Assembly (NCBI GenBank): GCA_028865725.1
Contig: JAGWJP010000001.1
Location: forward strand, 55,377-119,376
Direction of reading: 5' to 3'
Length of the DNA: 64,000 nucleotides
DNA from: Patescibacteria group bacterium
Lineage (GTDB): Bacteria; Patescibacteriota; Minisyncoccia; UBA6257; JACRHW01
Part shown: in pieces, positions 10,343 to 20,559 of the stretch
Layout of the letters: each line of letters opens with the position of its first letter
Position numbering within the stretch: the stretch's first letter is position 1
Notes under the pieces: model-generated
What the model saw: the letters and a program-made list of their open reading frames with translations, nothing else
The model's database searches: none
What the model was told of the DNA's origin: nothing
Made by a program: the position numbers and the translations under genes

Positions 10343-10816
10343 TTATTCATTGTTAATATCAACGTCTATTGCGATAGGGGCGGGCGGTTTTTCACCATTG
10401 CGAGCTGATTGGATACGCTGGAGTTCGTGAAGGGCTTTGTAAAGACTTCTTTCAAGCATAGTTTCATAACGGAAAAATAAATCTGCATCGACTTTAAGAC
10501 TTATCTTTCTGTCGAAATCACCGATATAGAATACATCATCCTTTTCAAAAGAGAGGGCACGTTTAAGTCTCCATACGTTTGAACTAATTCTATCAACAAG
10601 GATATATTCTATTTCGCTTGCAGGATTAAGTTCTTGCCTCAATCGTTTTTGCAGTTCAAGCAACGCCTTTTCATCCTCTCCTTTTATGAGCACCTCTTTG
10701 CTCAACAAGCCGTGCTTGATAGCATTATAACGGCTTATTGCCTTACCTTCTTCGGTTTTTATACCTCAGAGCTTTGCATTTTCACGATTTGCTTCTATTT
10801 GTTTTTGTGTAGCCAT
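10343..10816 (-). pseudogene. Element-associated hypothetical gene interrupted by an in-frame TGA at codon 17
   Basis: ATG at 10816 reads MATQKQIEANRENAKL*GIKTEEGKAISRYNAIKHGLLSKEVL, in frame with ORF 10343..10708. Confidence 0.65.
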
Positions 10817-10822
10817 ATTTGA

Positions 10823-12742
10823 TTAAAACCCTAATTCATTAGCGTTTATTTCCTTGCTATCGGGCATAATGGGTTCTGAACTCTGGGAACGACCAAATGT
10901 CTCGATAGTATCACCATTTTCTTCACTTTTTGTTTCTTGTTTTTCTTGTTCCGTATATATAGTGGGAACAAGGGAACAAGAATATTGGAATGGGTCTCCC
11001 TTCTTGCCCGAGCCTGTCCTGCCAATCTTTTGAGCTTTCACAAGTTCCTGTAACGCCCTACGTTTATGCGTGGTACGTCCTTCAACGGCATTATCAATAT
11101 CGACTTGTAACATAGGCTCATTAGATGCTTTCAGAAGCTCTAGGATAGCTTCAGAGACCTTCAATACATCATCCTCTTCCTTCGTTCCACCAAAAACCAC
11201 CATTTTGGTGTCTGGGTCAAAAAGCAATATGCTTGGTTCCATGTCTGTGCCATACCGTTGCTGTGTTTCAATAGTCCTTTTACTGTCAGTACGTTTTAGA
11301 ACAATTGCAGTGTCTACAGAACCGAATATCGCTGTAGAGCCGAGTGCGGTATCTGCTCCATCTCCTCCACCTTTTCTGGCGTGGTGAATACCCATCACGT
11401 GTGCCGAATACGTCCTCGCAAGAGAGAGGAGGGGGTCTAAAGCTTTAATCACTTTCGAATAGTCATTTACATCAGAAACACTCGCAAAACGGAACAGAGT
11501 GTCTACAATCACCAGTATAGGTTTTTTCCGCTCTATTTCGCTTTTAAGCCACTCATTTGCACTATCTGGTAGAGAACCTACATAAACTCCCAAATCTTCG
11601 CTTCCTGTGGCTCCCATGAGCTGGAAATGGCTTCTCACTTCGCTACGCTTCTCTTCAAGGGATACATAAAGAACGGCTCCTTGAATAACTTGACGCCCTA
11701 AAAAGGGCTCACCACGTGCAACTGCAAGGGCTGCTTGTCTCGCCAGGGTTGATTTTCCTACTTTTGGCTTTGCTATCACTATTGAGAACCCTCCCGAGGG
11801 AAGTAGGTTCTCAACCACCCAGCTTATTTCTTCTTCTGACTCTTTCAATAAATCATTGAGTGATGTAAAGCCGAATTTGGGAACAACAATCACGGCTGAA
11901 GAAATAGATGCCAGTACTGCTTCACCCCCATGAAGCACACACAAGTCATTAAAATCAGATGGCGTTTCTTCTCCAATTTTTTCTTCTGGTTCAAAAGAGG
12001 GGAAGGCGAGTCTGGCTCCTATAGCCTCGGCAGCTTCTTTTGCTTTTTGAGAGCCGTTTGTATCAGTATCTCCGCAAATGACCACTTCAATATCGGGATA
12101 CTTTCTCCTTATATCCATTGCTGTTGCTTTGAGGTTGCTTGCAGAGAAGGCTATAGCGACCGCATATCCTGTTGTCTCTGCAATGCTCGCCGCTGTGGCA
12201 AAACCTTCCGCTACGCAGAGAATTTTGTCGGGTTCTCTTATGATGGAATAGCACCCCGCCGTCTTTCCACCTTTAAGGAATTTCTTGTTCCCGTTTTCAT
12301 CTACGAATTGAAGTGAGGAAAGAAATCCTTCTGAAGAATAAAGCGGAAGAATAAGGTTGTTGTTCCAGAAGCGGCTATGATAAGCGGATATCTTCTTTTT
12401 TGTGAGATAGGGAAAATTGGCGGGTGGTTGGGATGCTGATTGCCATATCTTCATGGCATCAGTAGATATTTCGTTTTTTGTTTTCCTCATATCCTCCAGA
12501 AGAAGACTACTTGTATCATCCCCAAAATGTTTGGCGAGGGTCATAAGATTTCCCTTTGCGTCACATTTCTTACAGTGAAAGCGACCCGTCTCTTCTTCAA
12601 AGTAGAGATGGGCTTCATTGTTTTTGCTGTCGTCATCGCAATTACTGAAGATACAACGAGTGATGAGCTCCTTTCCGTTTTTACGGAAGGGGATACCTTT
12701 GCGAGTTAGGTATTCTGTAATAGTAATAGTTTGAAAGGTCAT
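10823..12742 (-). CDS. Primase-helicase (Zn finger + TOPRIM + RecA-like AAA_25 ATPase)
   Basis: CIFSNC...HCKKC; AEGFATA and CGDTD; Walker A AKPKVGKST; Walker B IVDT. Confidence 0.88.
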   Translation of the reverse strand: MTFQTITITEYLTRKGIPFRKNGKELITRCIFSNCDDDSKNNEAHLYFEEETGRFHCKKCDAKGNLMTLAKHFGDDTSSLLLEDMRKTKNEISTDAMKIWQSASQPPANFPYLTKKKISAYHSRFWNNNLILPLYSSEGFLSSLQFVDENGNKKFLKGGKTAGCYSIIREPDKILCVAEGFATAASIAETTGYAVAIAFSASNLKATAMDIRRKYPDIEVVICGDTDTNGSQKAKEAAEAIGARLAFPSFEPEEKIGEETPSDFNDLCVLHGGEAVLASISSAVIVVPKFGFTSLNDLLKESEEEISWVVENLLPSGGFSIVIAKPKVGKSTLARQAALAVARGEPFLGRQVIQGAVLYVSLEEKRSEVRSHFQLMGATGSEDLGVYVGSLPDSANEWLKSEIERKKPILVIVDTLFRFASVSDVNDYSKVIKALDPLLSLARTYSAHVMGIHHARKGGGDGADTALGSTAIFGSVDTAIVLKRTDSKRTIETQQRYGTDMEPSILLFDPDTKMVVFGGTKEEDDVLKVSEAILELLKASNEPMLQVDIDNAVEGRTTHKRRALQELVKAQKIGRTGSGKKGDPFQYSCSLVPTIYTEQEKQETKSEENGDTIETFGRSQSSEPIMPDSKEINANELGF

Positions 12743-12957
12743 AAATCATTGAGACGTTTTATTAATAAGGGGAGCGTTGCTGTTCTATGTTTTTGTATAA
12801 GTTCATATTCTTCTTTAGTCATTGGCTTGTAGATTGCAGACGTCAATTGCAAAAGCTTGATGCCTTTTTCGTAAGCATCTTCTTTTTCTATTTCAGTTCC
12901 AAAGAGCTCTTTATAAAGTGCTTGGAACCTCTCAATGTCTGCATCTGACAAGACCAT
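12739..12957 (-). CDS. Small hypothetical protein, paralog of 20196..20375
   Basis: Shared pattern F/Y..YKE.FG..I..E.A.E....LL....AIY.P..KE. Confidence 0.65.
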   Translation of the reverse strand: MVLSDADIERFQALYKELFGTEIEKEDAYEKGIKLLQLTSAIYKPMTKEEYELIQKHRTATLPLLIKRLNDL

Positions 12958-12961
12958 ATAC

Positions 12962-13255
12962 CTATCTGCTATAGAGTTTATTTTTCAGGGCTTTTATCGC
13001 ATCGAAGAACGACCTTGCTTTCACCTCTAACCTGTCCGCAAAATAATGGTTTGCGACCTCGTTTATTCTGTCTTCACGACGAAAGATGAAAAGAGCCTTG
13101 TTCGGGTTTTCCTTGTTCACCGACAATAATTCAAACCCCATACATAAGAGTGCGGATGATACTCCCAAATCGTATGTGGTAAAGACCACTGACGAGTCAT
13201 CGAGTGGTATGTATTGATAGTCTTCAGACTCATTACTTCCTGTTTTTTTAGTCAT
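12962..13255 (-). CDS. Small hypothetical protein (DUF5659-like)
   Basis: FTTYDLGVSSALLCMGFELLSVNKENPNKALFIF; first gene of the replication operon; family recalled from memory. Confidence 0.55.
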   Translation of the reverse strand: MTKKTGSNESEDYQYIPLDDSSVVFTTYDLGVSSALLCMGFELLSVNKENPNKALFIFRREDRINEVANHYFADRLEVKARSFFDAIKALKNKLYSR

Positions 13256-13394
13256 AATTTTTAATATTGGTTAATTGGTTAAGACGACTTTGTCGCTCTG
13301 GCAAAATAAAAAAGCCAAAGCGTACTCTGCTTTGACTTTATCTTTTACCCTTCCGTGTCGGATATGGAGGTGAGAAAGGTGAACTTTTTATTTC

Positions 13395-15587
13395 CTATTT
13401 CTCAAGCCATATCCAGCCTTTTTCTTGTTTGAAAATCGGGAAAAGTTCGCCCTCACCCACTTTCAGTCTAGAGCGAATTTCTCGTAATGTATCATTGATG
13501 TCTTTTGCTTTTCTAAACTGATATTTTTTAATATTAATTAGTGGATTGCAGTGCTTTTTTATCTCATCAACATGAAAATTCATATTTTTGCTTTTGCGGA
13601 GAATTGTTAAAAAAGCACGAGCTTTTCCCTTAAATTGCCACAGAGCAGTTTTATATTCGGCATCGCCACTCTCTGGATAAAAGTTAAGTTTATTTGCAAT
13701 AATTTTTGAATACCTTGCTTTTTTATCGGGTTTGGAGATACCAAGGAATTGGGTGAGTTGGTTTTTTGGAATCTTACCTTCAAAAGTAAGGTAGTCTCCT
13801 TCAGTTACAACTTGTTCTTTTTTTGATTTTGCGTGCGGTGGTAGTTTTAGATAAATCCTACTTAACTCTCCCGTTATTTCTTGCCCTAAATTTATATTCC
13901 ATTTTGTTATGATGTTTCTACTGTTTATTTCGGCTGGAGATGCTTCAAAAAAGTGATAAAGATTTTTTAATAAAAACAGTCCCATTGTCTGGATTTCTGG
14001 AGATTTTGACTGCAATGCATCATAGACCAAGTCTTTCATTGTTTCTTCTTCTCCTCGAATACCTCTCAAATAGATTACAAAATAATAGTAAATCGCCTGT
14101 TCTGTTTCGGCTTTAGATTTTCTTATTTGTCTCTTTACGTCGTCTGATGTAAAACCTAAATCTATTGAGTCCAAAGATTCTCCACTCACCGCTTTATTCC
14201 AACGCACCATATCCCTTGCGTATGCTTTATAGAAAAATGCTAAAGGTCTTAAAAATTTTGCGTTAGGGTCTGCAACTATTCTGCTAAGTTCCATCTGAAA
14301 TCCATTGTGATTTTTTGCAAACGGTGATGCAGATAGGACTTTCAAAAGCCAGAATTTTGTCCATTCAGTAAGCGAGTTGTCGCAATAGATTTTCCAAATT
14401 TTTTCATATTTAGCGTGTATGAATTTTTTATTGGCTTCATAAAAGTTATCGTCAATATCAGAGAGAAAAAATCCTAAATAGCGACATATCAAAAAGGTTA
14501 GAGATGGTTTTTTCGGTATTAACGCAATCAAATCATCAAGTATCTTTGGATTGCCCCATTTTCCTCCAGCCTTGAGGTAATATCGGAGGCAACTTATTTC
14601 CGCCTTCTTTACATCTCCGCCATTTTTAATTTTTCTTAAAATTGTTGGTAATCGTTTGCTTATTTTTGTTATCTTTTGCTTTGATGTTTCGTTAAGTTCT
14701 CCATATGGATTGTAAAACTTTAGCTCTTCAATTTTTTCGGTATTTTTGAGTTTTTCTAATTTTGTTTTCCCATTAAGTTTTAGATTATATTCTCGAAGAA
14801 ATATTACGATTTGAGCAACAATATTATTTATTTTATCGGCACTTTTCGCCATTATCACAGTGTCATCTGCGTAGCGAAAGTATTCAAAGTCATTATTACT
14901 TTTCAAATCATCAAGAAAAGTGTCCAGTGGATAAAGATAGGCATTGGATAAAACGTGAGAAGCGTTTGCACCCTGCGGGATACCACAAAGAGTAGGGGTT
15001 TCAGACCAATTTTTTAGTTGTTGTTCCAGAGTTTTCAGTAGGCGTTCATCTTGTATTTGAAAGCCTTTCTTAAGAATTTTGAGTAGAGTATCAATGTGGA
15101 TATTTTCATAATAGGTTTGTATATCAAACTCTGCTCTCCAGACAAATTTCTTTGCAAAAGCATCTACTTGTTTATCACAGAATTCTGCCCATTGGTTTTT
15201 GTATGGTTTCAGATACTTTTCCTTTCCAAGCACTCTGTTACCTAAACACGAACTGTACATTTTTTTATCTATCGTATTGCCTAAAATTAATGGATTAAGA
15301 AGTGCCTGAAAAACTATTCTGTCCACTACTGAAAAAACACAAATAGGACGAACACCCATATTATCTTTATCGGCATAAATATAATCAGCTTTGTCGGGTT
15401 GATATTTTTCTTGTCGGAGATATTCTTGCAGTGTCTCAAAGAATTCGTCTCCGAGTTGTGTTACAGCACTTATAGCTGGTCTCCATATTGGGTCTAAGGG
15501 TAGAGTGCTCTCATCTGTTTCTTCCTTTAGATATACAAATGCTTTTTTGAGGTTTTCCTTTGAGGAAAAGCTTTCAAACAGGTTCAT
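13395..15587 (-). CDS. Reverse transcriptase, Abi/UG (defence-associated)-like, with long helical extension and possible C-terminal winged helix
   Basis: RPI...DRIVFQ, FDIQTYYENI, GIPQGANASHVLSN, FRYADD, LKLNGKTK; about 400 further residues. Confidence 0.85.
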   Translation of the reverse strand: MNLFESFSSKENLKKAFVYLKEETDESTLPLDPIWRPAISAVTQLGDEFFETLQEYLRQEKYQPDKADYIYADKDNMGVRPICVFSVVDRIVFQALLNPLILGNTIDKKMYSSCLGNRVLGKEKYLKPYKNQWAEFCDKQVDAFAKKFVWRAEFDIQTYYENIHIDTLLKILKKGFQIQDERLLKTLEQQLKNWSETPTLCGIPQGANASHVLSNAYLYPLDTFLDDLKSNNDFEYFRYADDTVIMAKSADKINNIVAQIVIFLREYNLKLNGKTKLEKLKNTEKIEELKFYNPYGELNETSKQKITKISKRLPTILRKIKNGGDVKKAEISCLRYYLKAGGKWGNPKILDDLIALIPKKPSLTFLICRYLGFFLSDIDDNFYEANKKFIHAKYEKIWKIYCDNSLTEWTKFWLLKVLSASPFAKNHNGFQMELSRIVADPNAKFLRPLAFFYKAYARDMVRWNKAVSGESLDSIDLGFTSDDVKRQIRKSKAETEQAIYYYFVIYLRGIRGEEETMKDLVYDALQSKSPEIQTMGLFLLKNLYHFFEASPAEINSRNIITKWNINLGQEITGELSRIYLKLPPHAKSKKEQVVTEGDYLTFEGKIPKNQLTQFLGISKPDKKARYSKIIANKLNFYPESGDAEYKTALWQFKGKARAFLTILRKSKNMNFHVDEIKKHCNPLINIKKYQFRKAKDINDTLREIRSRLKVGEGELFPIFKQEKGWIWLEK

Positions 15588-15704
15588 CAATGTAGGGTAA
15601 TGGTAATTTAATATCGCACCCCAATGTAGCAAATTTAAGTCTTGTTCTCAACCCCTTAAAAATCAAGGGTTTCCATTTTTTTGAAATTTGTTTATTATAA
15701 GAAC

Positions 15705-15881
15705 GTCTACCCAAAACGAATACTCCTGAAGAGCTGTCCATTTTCCCCAATTACGGGCAGAAATGGGCAGCTCGAGTTCCATAATTGGGGACTCCTTTGG
15801 GGGTTTTTCGTTATGGGTAGACAGCTCGGGCTGTCCCTTTTTATTTTCAGCTCGAGACATAGTTCTGTCTACCTATGTCTC
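15705..15881 (+). promoter_or_regulatory. Structured RNA/leader between the divergent RT and mod genes
   Basis: Complementary pairs 15705-15720/15807-15822, 15745-15756/15779-15790, 15765-15776/15825-15836 plus T tract; hairpin 15854-15881 covers the mod ATG. Confidence 0.55.
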
Positions 15882-17581
15882 AAACACAAGAAGAAAAAAA
15901 ATTTCAGGCTCGCATTTCAGAGCTTGAAACCGAAATTAAAAAACTAAAGAAAAGAAAAAAATACGGACTTGTTTGGGAGGAAAAACCAGAACAGGTTGTT
16001 GAATCATGTAAGGAAAAATTACCTGTTTTTTCAGAGAACAAAGATAGAGAAATTAAAGCAGCAAAAAATGAACCCACGAATATTCTTATTGAAGGAGACA
16101 ACTATGATAGTCTCTCTGTTTTGAATTATTCTCACGAAAAGAATATTGACCTAATTTATATAGACCCTCCCTACAATACTGGCAACAAAGATTTTATATA
16201 CAATGACCGTTACATCGATTTAGTAGACACCTACAGGCACAGCAAGTGGCTTTCTTTTATGGAGAAACGGTTAAGGTTGGCAAGAAATTTATTAAAGGAG
16301 ACGGGAGTTGTTTTTATTAGTATCGATGATAATGAGTTTGCACGGTTAAAGTTGTTATGTGATGAAATTTTTGGAGAAAAGAATTTTGTAACTACGATTA
16401 CAATTCAGGTTAATAAGGGTGGGAGGGATTATTTGCCATTGGCTGTAACGCACGAGTATATTCTTTGTTATTTTAAAGGGAATGCTGGACAGTTAAATGA
16501 GCTATCAAAGGAGATTGATTTTGAACTCGAAGACACAGGGGGTAAATATGAATTAAGGGAATTAAGAAATCGTAATCCGAAATTTAGTAAAAAAAATCGA
16601 CCCAATCTTTACTATCCGATTTATGTCAGTCCAATGAGTAAAGATGGAAACGAACAATGCATCGTGTCTTTAGAAAAATCAAAAGATTTTAACGTTGAAG
16701 TCTTTCCTCTTAATAGTAAGGGTGAGGAAGGTTGCTGGCGTTGGGGTCGAGAACTTACGCTAAAAAATTTAGCGAGCAGTACAGATCTATCTAATATAGT
16801 CGGCAGGCAACGTAGAGATGGTGGATGGAATATTTATGAAAAATCTAGAAAGGCTACCACAAAAGCGAAATCAATCTGGGATGAAACTGGCGTAAGGACA
16901 GAACAAGGAACAATTGATTTGCGAGAACTCGGAATGGCGAACCTTTTCGACCACCCAAAGCCAGTTTATCTCATAAAGAAAATGGTCAGATTGGCTACTA
17001 AAGAAGATTCTGTAATTTTAGATTTTATGGCTGGTTCAGGTACTACGGGTCAAGCAGTTTTAGAACTTAATAAAGAAGATGGTGGTACTCGTAAATTTAT
17101 CTTATGTACTAATAACGAAAATAAAATTGCTGAAGAAGTATGCTATTTACGCATTAAAAAAGTAATCGAAGGATACAAGAATCCTAAAAACGAGGAAATT
17201 GCTGGCTTGGGTGGCAACCTCAAATACTATAAAACCGACTTTGTCGACGCAGAACCAACTGACAAAAACAAAAAGATGCTCGTTGATAAATCGACCGAAA
17301 TGCTTTGTCTCAAAGAAGATTGTTTTGATGTAGTCAAAAAAGGTAGCGAATATAAGCTTTTCAAAAATAGTAAGGATAAATATCTCGGTATCATCTACGA
17401 CGATACAGGCATTGAACCATTCAAAAGTGAAATAAAAAAACTGAACAAGAAAGCTACTGTTTATGTTTTTTCACTAGACGAGAGTGCCCGAGAAGAGGAA
17501 TTTGAGAATATTGCGAACCTTGTTGAACCAAAACCAATACCCGCCGCTATTCTTAACGTGTATAAACGCATATTCAAATGA
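15875..17581 (+). CDS. mod: Type III R-M methyltransferase (Mod)
   Basis: IYIDPPYNTG, HSKWLSFM, DFMAGSGTTG. Confidence 0.93.
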   Translation: MSQTQEEKKFQARISELETEIKKLKKRKKYGLVWEEKPEQVVESCKEKLPVFSENKDREIKAAKNEPTNILIEGDNYDSLSVLNYSHEKNIDLIYIDPPYNTGNKDFIYNDRYIDLVDTYRHSKWLSFMEKRLRLARNLLKETGVVFISIDDNEFARLKLLCDEIFGEKNFVTTITIQVNKGGRDYLPLAVTHEYILCYFKGNAGQLNELSKEIDFELEDTGGKYELRELRNRNPKFSKKNRPNLYYPIYVSPMSKDGNEQCIVSLEKSKDFNVEVFPLNSKGEEGCWRWGRELTLKNLASSTDLSNIVGRQRRDGGWNIYEKSRKATTKAKSIWDETGVRTEQGTIDLRELGMANLFDHPKPVYLIKKMVRLATKEDSVILDFMAGSGTTGQAVLELNKEDGGTRKFILCTNNENKIAEEVCYLRIKKVIEGYKNPKNEEIAGLGGNLKYYKTDFVDAEPTDKNKKMLVDKSTEMLCLKEDCFDVVKKGSEYKLFKNSKDKYLGIIYDDTGIEPFKSEIKKLNKKATVYVFSLDESAREEEFENIANLVEPKPIPAAILNVYKRIFK

Positions 17582-19758
17582 TTACTCTCAAGGATTATCA
17601 AAAACAGGCAGTAGAAAACCTGCATAGGAAAATAGAGAATTCATTACGTTCTCCAGAGAATGAAGTGGTTGTTTTTCAGGCTCCTACTGGTTCTGGAAAG
17701 ACGGTGATGGTATCCGAGCTCCTAAAAGAACTCATAAATAACAGGCAAGATGACAAAAAACTTTCTTTTATTTGGATTTCGGTGAGGATGCTCCATGAAC
17801 AGAGTAAGGAACGCCTAGAAAAATACTATGAGGACGATAGAAGTCTCAAATGTTCCTATTTTGAAGACTTGGAAGACAGAAAAATAGGAGAAAATGAAAT
17901 CCTGTTCGTTAATTGGCATAGCATAAACAAGAAAGACAAAAACACAATAGTTAAAGAAAACGAACAAGAATTTTATCTCGAAAAAGTCCTAGAAAATACC
18001 AGAGAAGATGGGCGAGATATTGTTTTAATTATAGACGAAAGCCACCACACGGCTGGTTCCCAGAAATCGAGGGAACTTATAGAAACCATAAGCCCAAAGG
18101 TGACTCTAGAGGTCTCCGCTACACCGCATTTGGAAGAGAATGCTGCTGAAAAAGAAAAAGTCCACCTTTCGGACGTTAAAGCGGAAGAAATGATTAAGTC
18201 AGAAATATCCGTAAATCCAGAATTTCTTGATATCAAAGTAGGTTCCAAAAGCTCTGATGAAATTGTAATTGAAGAAGCTCTCAAAAAACGGGATGAGCTT
18301 GCGAAGATGTACAAGAAAGAAGGGGTAAACATTAACCCCCTAATGCTTGTACAGCTTCCCGATGCAAAGGCTGGTCTTGCCGACAAAAAAGAGGAGATAT
18401 TAACAATACTTCACAAACAGGGCGTAGAGGACGAGAACATCGCTATTTGGCTATCGGAAGATAAATCTGATACTTTGCCGAACATAGAGAAAAACGATAA
18501 TGATGTGAACGTCCTTATATTCAAACAAGCCATCGCACTTGGATGGGACTGCCCGAGAGCTTCTATCTTGGTTATTTTCAGAGAGTCAAAGAGCTTCACG
18601 TTTACCATCCAAACCATTGGTAGAATAATGCGGATGCCTGAACTGAAATATTATACGAAGGAGCCAGAACTAAATAAAGGGTTTGTATTTACCAACCTAG
18701 CCAATATTGAGGTTACCGAAGATTATGCAAAAGACTATGTAACTCAATATGAAGCAAAACGAGATAAATTATATAAAAACATATCACTACCCTCTATTTA
18801 CTTAAAACGCCAAAGAGAAAGAACCCGTTTATCTGGCGAATTTATTAAATTCTTTCTTAAAATTGCGAAGGAAAAGGATTTAGCAAAAGAAATAAATCCG
18901 AAACCAAAGAAAATAATAAGCCCCATAATTGCTGATGGAAGGATAATAGATATAGATAAATCGGGGGAAATAGAGCACAGGGGTACTCTAGAAATTGGGT
19001 TGAGTGAGAAAGAGCTTGGAAAGAAATTTGATAAATTTATTGCTCAAAATTGCACTCCTTATGCTCCTGCTGATTCTAGCGACAGAATGAAAACAGCTTT
19101 ATATCAGTTCTTTAATCAGGAGTTCAAAATACCGAAATACGAACCCAAGGTTCAACGGATTGTGCTAGGTGAAGAAAACGTGCAGTTATTTGTAAACGTT
19201 ATCAATTTGGCAAAGGAAAAATATAAGAAAGATATAGTTGAAAAGCTTGCCGAGAAACGTGAGCTTATTGAAACAAAGGATTGGGAAGTACCTCTCGTTA
19301 CCAGCTACAACAGCAGGTATCAGATGGAAGAACAACCCTTATCCGTTATGAAACCGTTTTATACGGCAAAACAAAGCGAGCCAGAACGCTTATTTATTGA
19401 ATTTCTCAACAAATCAAAGAACGTAAAGTGGTGGTACAAAAATGGCGAGGCGGAAATCAAGTATTTTGCGGTTTTGCGAGATGACGACCTCGCATTCTAT
19501 CCCGACTTCATTATTCAGCTCAAAGATGGAAGTATCGCTATATTTGATACCAAATCGGGAAGAACGGCAGAAACAAGTGATGCAGCACCCAGAGCCGAAG
19601 CACTACAACGATATATCAAAAAACAAAATAAATCAGGCAAAAATCTATTCGGTGGTATCGCTATTTATGTGAATGGCACATGGCGATACAACGACAAAGA
19701 GAAATATGAGTATAATTCCGATGATTTGTCGGATTGGAAAGTGTTAACTGAATTATGA
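17578..19758 (+). CDS. res: Type III R-M restriction subunit (Res)
   Basis: APTGSGKT, IIDESH, SAT, GWDCP, QTIGRIMR, C-terminal YPDFII...DTK; ATGA overlap with mod. Confidence 0.9.
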   Translation: MITLKDYQKQAVENLHRKIENSLRSPENEVVVFQAPTGSGKTVMVSELLKELINNRQDDKKLSFIWISVRMLHEQSKERLEKYYEDDRSLKCSYFEDLEDRKIGENEILFVNWHSINKKDKNTIVKENEQEFYLEKVLENTREDGRDIVLIIDESHHTAGSQKSRELIETISPKVTLEVSATPHLEENAAEKEKVHLSDVKAEEMIKSEISVNPEFLDIKVGSKSSDEIVIEEALKKRDELAKMYKKEGVNINPLMLVQLPDAKAGLADKKEEILTILHKQGVEDENIAIWLSEDKSDTLPNIEKNDNDVNVLIFKQAIALGWDCPRASILVIFRESKSFTFTIQTIGRIMRMPELKYYTKEPELNKGFVFTNLANIEVTEDYAKDYVTQYEAKRDKLYKNISLPSIYLKRQRERTRLSGEFIKFFLKIAKEKDLAKEINPKPKKIISPIIADGRIIDIDKSGEIEHRGTLEIGLSEKELGKKFDKFIAQNCTPYAPADSSDRMKTALYQFFNQEFKIPKYEPKVQRIVLGEENVQLFVNVINLAKEKYKKDIVEKLAEKRELIETKDWEVPLVTSYNSRYQMEEQPLSVMKPFYTAKQSEPERLFIEFLNKSKNVKWWYKNGEAEIKYFAVLRDDDLAFYPDFIIQLKDGSIAIFDTKSGRTAETSDAAPRAEALQRYIKKQNKSGKNLFGGIAIYVNGTWRYNDKEKYEYNSDDLSDWKVLTEL

Positions 19759-20030
19759 ACAAAAAGACACTAAAATATACAATTTCCGAATTTATTTGGA
19801 ACCAATATTTCAAAGAACAATCGGAATTGAAATACTGCATGGATATTCTTGATAAAAAACTTGAATGCCTATCAAAATATGTGGGGAGGAAGCTAACAGA
19901 AAGAGAACAGATGGCTATTTTGGATATTGTAGACGAAAATACCGCCAAAGGTGATGACGGGAATTATCTTGGTTCGCTTTTTCCTTTTGAGTTTGCGTGG
20001 AAGATTTATGAGACAGAAAAAGAATACTAA
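19755..20030 (+). CDS. Hypothetical protein
   Basis: ATGA overlap with res. Confidence 0.55.
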   Translation: MNKKTLKYTISEFIWNQYFKEQSELKYCMDILDKKLECLSKYVGRKLTEREQMAILDIVDENTAKGDDGNYLGSLFPFEFAWKIYETEKEY

Positions 20031-20194
20031 TGCTTTCTATTGAAAAGTGTCGTGAGATATTAGGCGATGAATATGCTGGGCTTTCTGATGAAAGGCTGGC
20101 TCAAATTAGGGATGAACTATCTGAACTTGCTCGGATAGCTCTCGATGCCTACATTAAGAAACAGAAACAAGGTAAGATTGCTAACAATAGTTAA
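20030..20194 (+). CDS. Small hypothetical protein (54 aa; below the ORF-track cutoff)
   Basis: MLSIEKCREILGDEYAGLSDERLAQIRDELSELARIALDAY...; TAATG coupling to the upstream gene. Confidence 0.55.
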   Translation: MLSIEKCREILGDEYAGLSDERLAQIRDELSELARIALDAYIKKQKQGKIANNS

Positions 20195-20195
20195 A

Positions 20196-20375
20196 ATGAT
20201 TTCTGAAGAGGCATTTGAAGAATACAAAAAGATATATAAAGAAGAATTTGGTGCCGATATTACTGATGAAGAGGCAATGGAACAAGCCACAAGTCTTTTG
20301 ACGATGATGAACGCTATCTACAGACCCGTCAAAAAGGAGTGGCTTGATGATTTGGAAAAACGTGATAATGTATAA
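20196..20375 (+). CDS. Small hypothetical protein, paralog of 12739..12957
   Basis: MISEEAFEEYKKIYKEEFGADITDEEAMEQATSLL. Confidence 0.6.
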   Translation: MISEEAFEEYKKIYKEEFGADITDEEAMEQATSLLTMMNAIYRPVKKEWLDDLEKRDNV

Positions 20376-20559
20376 GATATTATTTTCTTTTCTTTGAACC
20401 AGATATATAATCAAGATATGATACATCCTAAAAACACAAATAATAAGAAAACAGCCCACTCGAAGGGGTTTAATTGGGATAAGTTTAATTTGGACAGATT
20501 TTTTAAGGATGCAGAAAGGGTGGGGAAAATAATTAGAAGAAAAGGAGGATATTCTGAAA

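Noticed and set aside
10766-10768. In-frame TGA at a likely Gly position, suggesting genetic code 25
   Set aside because: Neighbouring genes (mod, res, DGR1 target) end in TGA, some with ATGA coupling, and long ORFs are intact in code 11; a GGA>TGA nonsense change or sequencing error is simpler
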